From a virus (taxonomy: Duplodnaviria; Caudoviricetes), in IMG/VR virus record IMGVR_UViG_3300015050_001385, positions 1 to 48,392 of that record: 48,392 bases of DNA; one strand, given 5' to 3'. Position numbers and translations under genes: made by a program. The notes under the pieces are model-generated. The model was not told the origin of the DNA. It ran no database searches and saw only the letters and a list, made by a program, of their open reading frames with translations. Of this stretch, positions 42,945 to 48,392 are shown one piece after another; positions within the stretch are counted from its first letter, which is position 1; each line of letters opens with the position of its first letter.

Positions 42945-45712
42945 CACGCAACCTCTGGCTTGTTCAGCCATTTGTACTTAGTGATAAATCCGAACCTGAT
43001 GTCCTTCACAAAGCGCGCGCGGACCAGCAAGTGCGCTCCCTCGGGAACGGTTTCCAACAGCTCCTTGCCGATCGTCTCGAAGTCGAAGCGCCCAATGCGC
43101 GCACCGATCGTTCCTGTGTCGTCGCGCAACCGGACGTCCACAAAGTCCAGCGGGCCGGTTTCCTTCTTGCCGCCGCGCTTCTTGACCTTCACCTCTTCAT
43201 TCGCGTTGCGGGCATTTTTGTAAATCAGCTCGCCAAGGAAGACGCAGGAGCCGCGCTGCTTGCCGTCGAACTCCTCGACCTTCATCACCTCACCGTTGAT
43301 GCCGACGGACCCTGGGTTGTCGTAGATGCTGCCGTAGCGCGAGCGGAAAGGGAAAATGTCACCGAAGGCGTTCTCAGCCTTCAAGATGTCTTCGCGCTGC
43401 TTGGCGGTCAGCTTGCCGGCATTGCGCGCCTCGATGAGCTTTGCGGCCTTGCTCTCGCCGATCCCCTTCAGGTTCAAAAACCCGCCGACGAGCTTGCCGT
43501 CCACAGCCGCCCAGTTGGCGACGGAGCGCTCGATGTCGAACGGCGTGTATTCCAACCCCTCCTTCACCATCTCGCGCAGGAGCTCGATCGCGCTGTCGCC
43601 GTCCTTGGCGTTGCGCAAGTTGGCCGCAGCAAACTCCAGCGGATGGTGCGCCTTCAAGTATGCGGTCAGGTAGCTGATCACCGCATAGCTGTACGTGTGC
43701 GCCTTGTTCATCTGCCAAGCGCCCATGGAGTTGATCGTCTGCCACGTGGCATGCGCGGCCTCTTCGCTGATGCCTTGGCTCATCGCGCCCTTCTTGAACT
43801 TCTCCCAGTAGGTGTCGAAGAACTCCTTGCCCATACGCTTGGACATCGCCTTGCGGATCGTGGAAGTTTCCTTCCAGTCGAACTTGCCGATCTCTCGCAC
43901 GATTGCTAGCGTCTGCTCTTGGTAAACCGGCAGGCCGTAGGTCTCTGCCATGTGCGCCTCGACCAGTGGGTGAATTGGCTCGTAGGGCTTGCCGTTCTTG
44001 CGCTTCACCCACTCTTCCGTGACCCCGCCGCCGAACGGCCCTGGCCGTGCGAGTGCCGTGACCGCGTCGATCTCGGTGAGCGATTCAAAGTGCACGTCTC
44101 GACTGATGGCGCGCAGCGCGTTGCCTTCAAACTGGAAGATGCCGCAGAGCCGCCCTTGGTTGAACACGTCGTAAGTCTTCTGGTCGTCGAAGGGCAAGTT
44201 GTACCAATCGATTGGCACGCCAGAGTCTTCCAGCACGCCAAGGGTTCGTAGGCCCAACACGTCGATCTTGAGCAGGCCGAGTTTTTCAGCAGCGCCTTTT
44301 TCAATGTGGGCGATGCCGTTGTCGTCCACGACGCAGTAGTTGGTGATCGAGTCATTGCAAACCAACAGCCCAGCGGCGTGGACGCCGGTGTGGCTGGCAT
44401 GCCCTTCAATCGTCTGCGCCACAACGGCTTGCGGGTATTGCTGAATGAATTTCCGGCCGGGATCGGTGTCCTTGAACGTGTCTTCCAGGCAGTTGTTCGC
44501 GCGCGAGTCGGCGGACGAGCGCTCGATCATCGCGATCTTCACAGCGCCCGTTGCAGCAGGCGGGATGTTCAGCGCCTTGCAAACGGCGATCAGCGCGCTC
44601 TTGGGCTTAAACTGGCTGATGGTGCCGATGTGCGCCGTGTTGCCCGCGCCATGCTTCTCGGCCATGTACGTGAAGACCATCTCGCGCTTGTTGTCGGGGA
44701 AGTCCAGGTCGATGTCGGGCAGGTCGGTCCGCGTCACGTCGATGAACCGCTCGAAGTAGAGCTTAGGCGGGATCGGATCGATCTCGGTGATGTTGGCCAA
44801 GTAGCAAACCAGCGACCCGGCAGCAGAGCCGCGCGAGGGGCCGACCAGCATATGCTTTTTGGCGTACAAGCACATGTCGGCCACGATCAGAAAGTAGCTC
44901 TCGAAGTCCTTGGATCTGATCAGCTCCAGTTCATACAAAAGGCGCTCTTCGTATTCTGGCGTCCAGCGGTCTTCCATCTTCCGGCGCGCAATCCCGGCGC
45001 GGCAAAGCTCTTCCAAGTTGCCCTCCGCGCGGACCATTTGGGCTTTTGGCAACACTAAGCCTTTGCAGGCGAGCGCCACAGCCTGCTCCTGCTCGCCAAC
45101 CGGCAGGTCTACCAAAATGTTTTGCGGCGTCGGCTTCAAGCCCGCCCGGCTGATGAGCTCGAACACCTGCTTGTCCGCCTCGTCAATGAAGGCGTTGTCG
45201 CTGGTCGCCACGACACGCAGGCCGTGCTGCTTGGCGAGCGCCAGCTTTTTGGCGTTCAGCACCCGGCTGGCGGGGTTGGTGTCTATGAAAGCGCCGCATC
45301 CGTTCAGGAACTCGCCATCGGTGATATCTCCAGCGAATTTCAGGATCTCGCCGGACATGGCCAGAACGTCGGACTTGTACAGGCGCGGAACCTTGCCGGA
45401 GCGTGTGGAGATGGGCTGCTGGTGGGCTTTCGACAGCGCGCGGTAGAGCTCGCTCAGGCCGGTGGTCGATCTGGCCAGGAACCACATGTGCAGGTTCATC
45501 TCATCGTCGTCCACAGCGCACTCGACGCCGAGCAGCGGCTGGATGCCCGCCTTCTCGCATTCTTCGAACCACGTCACATGGCCCCAGGTGCTGCCGATGT
45601 CCACGATGCCGGCAGCGGTGCATCCAAGTTCCTTCAGCCGGGCGACGGTCCGCGCGACGGGGGCGAAGGTTTGCCCAAAGCTGTACTCTGTTTTGACACG
45701 TAATTGGATCAC
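42944..45712 (-). CDS. dnaE: DNA polymerase III alpha subunit (family C)
   Basis: GPSRGSAAGSLVCY, FERF, PDIDLDF, GVHAAG, KIDVLGL, GIFQFE, ALARPGP, YQEQ, NKAH..SY, YLKAHHP.EF, C-terminal OB fold. Confidence 0.97.
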   Translation of the reverse strand: MIQLRVKTEYSFGQTFAPVARTVARLKELGCTAAGIVDIGSTWGHVTWFEECEKAGIQPLLGVECAVDDDEMNLHMWFLARSTTGLSELYRALSKAHQQPISTRSGKVPRLYKSDVLAMSGEILKFAGDITDGEFLNGCGAFIDTNPASRVLNAKKLALAKQHGLRVVATSDNAFIDEADKQVFELISRAGLKPTPQNILVDLPVGEQEQAVALACKGLVLPKAQMVRAEGNLEELCRAGIARRKMEDRWTPEYEERLLYELELIRSKDFESYFLIVADMCLYAKKHMLVGPSRGSAAGSLVCYLANITEIDPIPPKLYFERFIDVTRTDLPDIDLDFPDNKREMVFTYMAEKHGAGNTAHIGTISQFKPKSALIAVCKALNIPPAATGAVKIAMIERSSADSRANNCLEDTFKDTDPGRKFIQQYPQAVVAQTIEGHASHTGVHAAGLLVCNDSITNYCVVDDNGIAHIEKGAAEKLGLLKIDVLGLRTLGVLEDSGVPIDWYNLPFDDQKTYDVFNQGRLCGIFQFEGNALRAISRDVHFESLTEIDAVTALARPGPFGGGVTEEWVKRKNGKPYEPIHPLVEAHMAETYGLPVYQEQTLAIVREIGKFDWKETSTIRKAMSKRMGKEFFDTYWEKFKKGAMSQGISEEAAHATWQTINSMGAWQMNKAHTYSYAVISYLTAYLKAHHPLEFAAANLRNAKDGDSAIELLREMVKEGLEYTPFDIERSVANWAAVDGKLVGGFLNLKGIGESKAAKLIEARNAGKLTAKQREDILKAENAFGDIFPFRSRYGSIYDNPGSVGINGEVMKVEEFDGKQRGSCVFLGELIYKNARNANEEVKVKKRGGKKETGPLDFVDVRLRDDTGTIGARIGRFDFETIGKELLETVPEGAHLLVRARFVKDIRFGFITKYKWLNKPEVA

Positions 45713-45900
45713 TGTTTTTCTTTCGGTTTGCGTTCCATTTGCTTCACGGTGAAGCTGACCACCAACTCTTTAAATTCAGTTTGCTCTTCCACCGACATGC
45801 CATACCAGAGCGCCATGAGCTCGAAAGCGCCCGCCGCCTCTTCGAAGAACTTGGCCTTGTTTGGATTTGGGCCGGTCGCTGGTGGAAGAGCAGGGGTCAT
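45709..45900 (-). CDS. Hypothetical protein
   Basis: Translationally coupled between the MazG-like gene and dnaE. Confidence 0.6.
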   Translation of the reverse strand: MTPALPPATGPNPNKAKFFEEAAGAFELMALWYGMSVEEQTEFKELVVSFTVKQMERKPKEKQ

Positions 45901-46328
45901 CAGTACGTCTTTCCACCATCAGCCATGCGGGCTTCCAGCTTGTGGTCAGGTCGGACAGCGTTGAAGAGCAACTTTTCTGCAACCGCGCCGCCAAGGTCGA
46001 TGCCGGCAGCGCCCGCCAGATCGCAGATCCGGATAAAGGCGTCGGCCAACTCAACCTCGAACATTTCACGGTGTGGCAACTTGTCGTCCTGCAGGCCCTT
46101 GCGGTGCCCTTCCATCGCCTCGCTGACCTCGCTGTGGATCAGACAGAGCTTCTCGGCAACAAGCGCCTTGCCGAAACGGCTGCTAGAGCGGATCTCGACA
46201 ACGTGGCCTTGATTGGTTTTTGGATCTTGCCACCAACCGGCTTTGAATGCGTCGCCATGGCAACGTTCGACAAGCAGATCAACTGCGCCGACGATCTCGC
46301 CGTCTTTTGCTGAAAATGTAAAGCTCAT
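45900..46328 (-). CDS. MazG-like NTP pyrophosphohydrolase
   Basis: LIHSEVSEAME...EVELADAFIRI.D....IDL..A..EK...N..R. Confidence 0.88.
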   Translation of the reverse strand: MSFTFSAKDGEIVGAVDLLVERCHGDAFKAGWWQDPKTNQGHVVEIRSSSRFGKALVAEKLCLIHSEVSEAMEGHRKGLQDDKLPHREMFEVELADAFIRICDLAGAAGIDLGGAVAEKLLFNAVRPDHKLEARMADGGKTY

Positions 46329-46337
46329 GATTGGCCC

Positions 46338-46892
46338 CTAGATTGAATCGAAAAAGTTGATTGCCAGCAGGACTTCTGCCAGCGCCTTTGCGTCGTCGCT
46401 CGCGCGGTGCGTCTGCTCCAACGGCTTGCTCATGTACCGCAAATAGAGATCAGTGAGCTTCGGGCGGTGACCGAAGGCGTGCGTGAACTCCTGAACGGTG
46501 CAGATCTGGATCGCGGGCCAAGGGCAAGCTGGGCCTTCTGGCGTGCGCTTCACGTCGTTGTCAATCATCGCTTTGTCGAACGGCAAGTTGTGCGCGACAA
46601 CGATGTCACATTCGCCAAAGATTGGCCCGAACTCCGGCCAAAGGTCCGCGAAGGACGGAGCGCCTGCAACGTCCTCGTCCTTGATGCCGGTGATCTTGGT
46701 GATCTCCGCCGTGATCGGCTCGCCAGGGTTGATGAGCCAGTTCCGCTCTTCGGCGATGCGCCACTCGCCAGAGTGTGGCAACTTTTCGACGATCACCAAG
46801 CCCAACTCAATGATCTTCGGCTGCTTGTCGAGATCGACGAGGCCCGGCTTGACCAGGCCGGTCGTCTCGGTGTCGAAGATGACCGCTTTCAT
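46338..46892 (-). CDS. dnaQ: DEDDh 3'-5' exonuclease (DnaQ/epsilon-like)
   Basis: FDTETTG, AHNLPFD, HRASDDA. Confidence 0.92.
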   Translation of the reverse strand: MKAVIFDTETTGLVKPGLVDLDKQPKIIELGLVIVEKLPHSGEWRIAEERNWLINPGEPITAEITKITGIKDEDVAGAPSFADLWPEFGPIFGECDIVVAHNLPFDKAMIDNDVKRTPEGPACPWPAIQICTVQEFTHAFGHRPKLTDLYLRYMSKPLEQTHRASDDAKALAEVLLAINFFDSI

Positions 46893-47455
46893 TTTTCCAT
46901 CCGGACGATGAACTTCACGTCCACACCCAGGATCTCGCGGGTGTCGTAGATCACGTAGTTGTACGTGCGCTTGCCGGCGATCACCGGGTTGGTGTGGCTG
47001 AACGTCAGCACGGACTGGGCTTCCCGTATGCCTTCAGCGGCGAAGAAGCCGCGCCAGCGCGCGAGCTCCTTGGCGTCGCAATGCATGCCAAGGTGGCTGA
47101 CAGAGCAAGGGCGGTGGAAGCCGCGCGCCTCTTCCCCACAGTCACCCTTCATCCAGTTGTCGCCGTCGGTGTAATGCAACACCTCGAGCTCTAGCGGCTT
47201 GATGTTGCGCAGGTCGCCGTGCATACCATCGGCCAGCGTGCCTTCGAAGCCGCGCGTGCCTTGGTAATTGAAGGCGAGATCAGCCTCGTTGGTGCCGCCT
47301 TGCCCGAAGACCCGGCCAGACGCCTTCACGTGGTCGCGCGCCCATTCGCCGAGACCCATCTTGGTGAGCAGCGCAATGGCTTTGTCGGGGTCCGCCGGGC
47401 AGAGCGCGACTTGTTCGATCTTGAAGGAGAGTTTTGGTTGAATGTTGTGGTCCAT
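46889..47455 (-). CDS. VOC / glyoxalase-fold protein (methylmalonyl-CoA epimerase-like)
   Basis: IEQVAL...D.AIA, LELEVL, SHLGMHC, YVIYDTREILGV paired beta-alpha-beta-beta-beta pattern. Confidence 0.7.
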   Translation of the reverse strand: MDHNIQPKLSFKIEQVALCPADPDKAIALLTKMGLGEWARDHVKASGRVFGQGGTNEADLAFNYQGTRGFEGTLADGMHGDLRNIKPLELEVLHYTDGDNWMKGDCGEEARGFHRPCSVSHLGMHCDAKELARWRGFFAAEGIREAQSVLTFSHTNPVIAGKRTYNYVIYDTREILGVDVKFIVRMEK

Positions 47456-47471
47456 GGTTTCTTTCGTTGGT

Positions 47472-47840
47472 TTAAAAATGCGGGAGGTCGGGTTGACGAT
47501 CGTTGTTCCAGTGGTTGCTCAGTGCGTTGTTACGCTTTGCGGTGATGATCTCCAAATTCCAAGGCACCGTCAGGCCGCAAACGAGCGGGTGATGCAACGG
47601 GACGCAATGATTGACTTCATGCGGAACCCCTGTCATCTCTGAAATGCATCGGCAGTTGTATTGAATAAGTTTTAACGCATCGCGGTCAACCCACGGAGGC
47701 GTGGAAATAATTATCGCTGAAATATACTTGGCGCGCTTGCTTCTTTTTATCCAATGCGGAACACGTCCTGTCAACACTTCAGCACGAACCTTGTTGCGCG
47801 TCTCCGCAATTCTTCCGACAACGTAGTCTAGAAAGCCCAT
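47472..47840 (-). CDS. HNH endonuclease-like protein, possibly degenerate
   Basis: TPPWVD...TG..HEVNHCVPL...VCGLTVPWNL.II...N...SN; lower GC. Confidence 0.75.
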   Translation of the reverse strand: MGFLDYVVGRIAETRNKVRAEVLTGRVPHWIKRSKRAKYISAIIISTPPWVDRDALKLIQYNCRCISEMTGVPHEVNHCVPLHHPLVCGLTVPWNLEIITAKRNNALSNHWNNDRQPDLPHF

Positions 47841-47842
47841 GA

Positions 47843-48289
47843 TCAGAACGGGCAAGGCGCGCCAGTTGGATGCAGCGTTGTGCCGATCTCGTCCCATGCG
47901 TCGTCAGCAGCCTCTTGCAACAAGCGCTCAGGCGTCGGGAAAAGCACAGGGGTCCAGCAGCCTTCGCTGACGTGATTTTTCCAACCACGGATGTTGGCCA
48001 TATTCTCTGCGCGCGTTTCGATGCTCAAGCAATCCGGCCTGATGCACGCCATCTTGTAGCAAGAGTGGCCCGCCTCGTCGAACGGGAAGAGCCATCCCGT
48101 CGTGATCTCCAGCATCTTGCGATGCGCAGCAACCAGGACGGGGTGCGGCTTGTTTGGAACCCGCATCGCTAGGCGCGGGTAGCCGTTGTCCTTGGCGATC
48201 ACGCCTTGCCAGATCCAACAGCCGTCCTCGTCCACCTTTGTGTTGGCCACCAACCGCTCGTACAACGATCCGTAAATGCGCCCGCCCAT
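47843..48289 (-). CDS. HNH endonuclease (zinc-binding loop type)
   Basis: DGCWIWQG...GYP...AHR...GHSC...CIRPDCL...ENM. Confidence 0.8.
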   Translation of the reverse strand: MGGRIYGSLYERLVANTKVDEDGCWIWQGVIAKDNGYPRLAMRVPNKPHPVLVAAHRKMLEITTGWLFPFDEAGHSCYKMACIRPDCLSIETRAENMANIRGWKNHVSEGCWTPVLFPTPERLLQEAADDAWDEIGTTLHPTGAPCPF

Positions 48290-48392
48290 GATCACACCTT
48301 CCAGGTTGCCGCTTTTCCAAGCAAGATCTCTTTCCTGAATGACTCGATGGCTGAGCCGCGCATGGCTTTGCGGTTGCGGGTGAGCCACAACG
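48270..48392. repeat. Terminal direct repeat (copy 2)
   Basis: Identical to 1-123. Confidence 0.95.

Noticed and set aside
40970-45058. Long + strand ORFs (e.g. 40970-42394, 42869-43909, 44306-45058) and similar antisense ORFs elsewhere
   Set aside because: Shadow ORFs opposite well-supported genes in high-GC DNA; no motifs or SD
42444-45712. Group I intron or intein in dnaE
   Set aside because: DnaE is continuous through its OB fold, and the endonuclease gene lies after the stop with no non-coding flanks
48270-48392. 123-bp terminal repeat as a biological DTR
   Set aside because: It starts and ends inside coding sequence, as expected from an assembler overlap on a circular or circularly permuted genome

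Overview
The window is an apparently complete (~48.27 kb) genome of a tailed dsDNA phage with a contractile tail, probably infecting a high-GC proteobacterium. Bases 1-123 are repeated at 48270-48392, which is a circular-assembly overlap. No integrase, repressor, tRNA or CRISPR array was recognised, so a lytic lifestyle is inferred. Transcription diverges from back-to-back sigma70-like promoters at ~9187-9265. The + arm (9315-38540) carries an SSB-like gene, primase-helicase, a putative origin, terminase, head, tail, baseplate and lysis genes. The - arm (9142 to 1, wrapping to 48289-38521) carries early genes, nucleotide-metabolism genes and a DnaE/DnaQ/SNF2 replication module. The strongest novelty candidate is a set of enzymes in the - arm, upstream of the phage's own DnaE: a ThyX paralogue with altered active-site motifs, a HAD phosphatase, a DUF6378-like protein, an SDR oxidoreductase, a VOC/glyoxalase-fold enzyme, a MazG-like pyrophosphatase and an FAD-dependent UGM/Glf-like enzyme. 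Together they suggest an uncharacterised pathway making a non-canonical nucleotide or DNA modification. Other oddities are a major capsid protein with a signal-peptide-like N-terminal extension, a conserved CAACTTA leader motif before ~11 ribosome-binding sites, a self-contained gene for a secreted G/N/Q/S-rich protein, structured RNA leaders, and a 21-bp perfect inverted repeat after the primase. Family assignments come from motif recognition by eye, not database searches.
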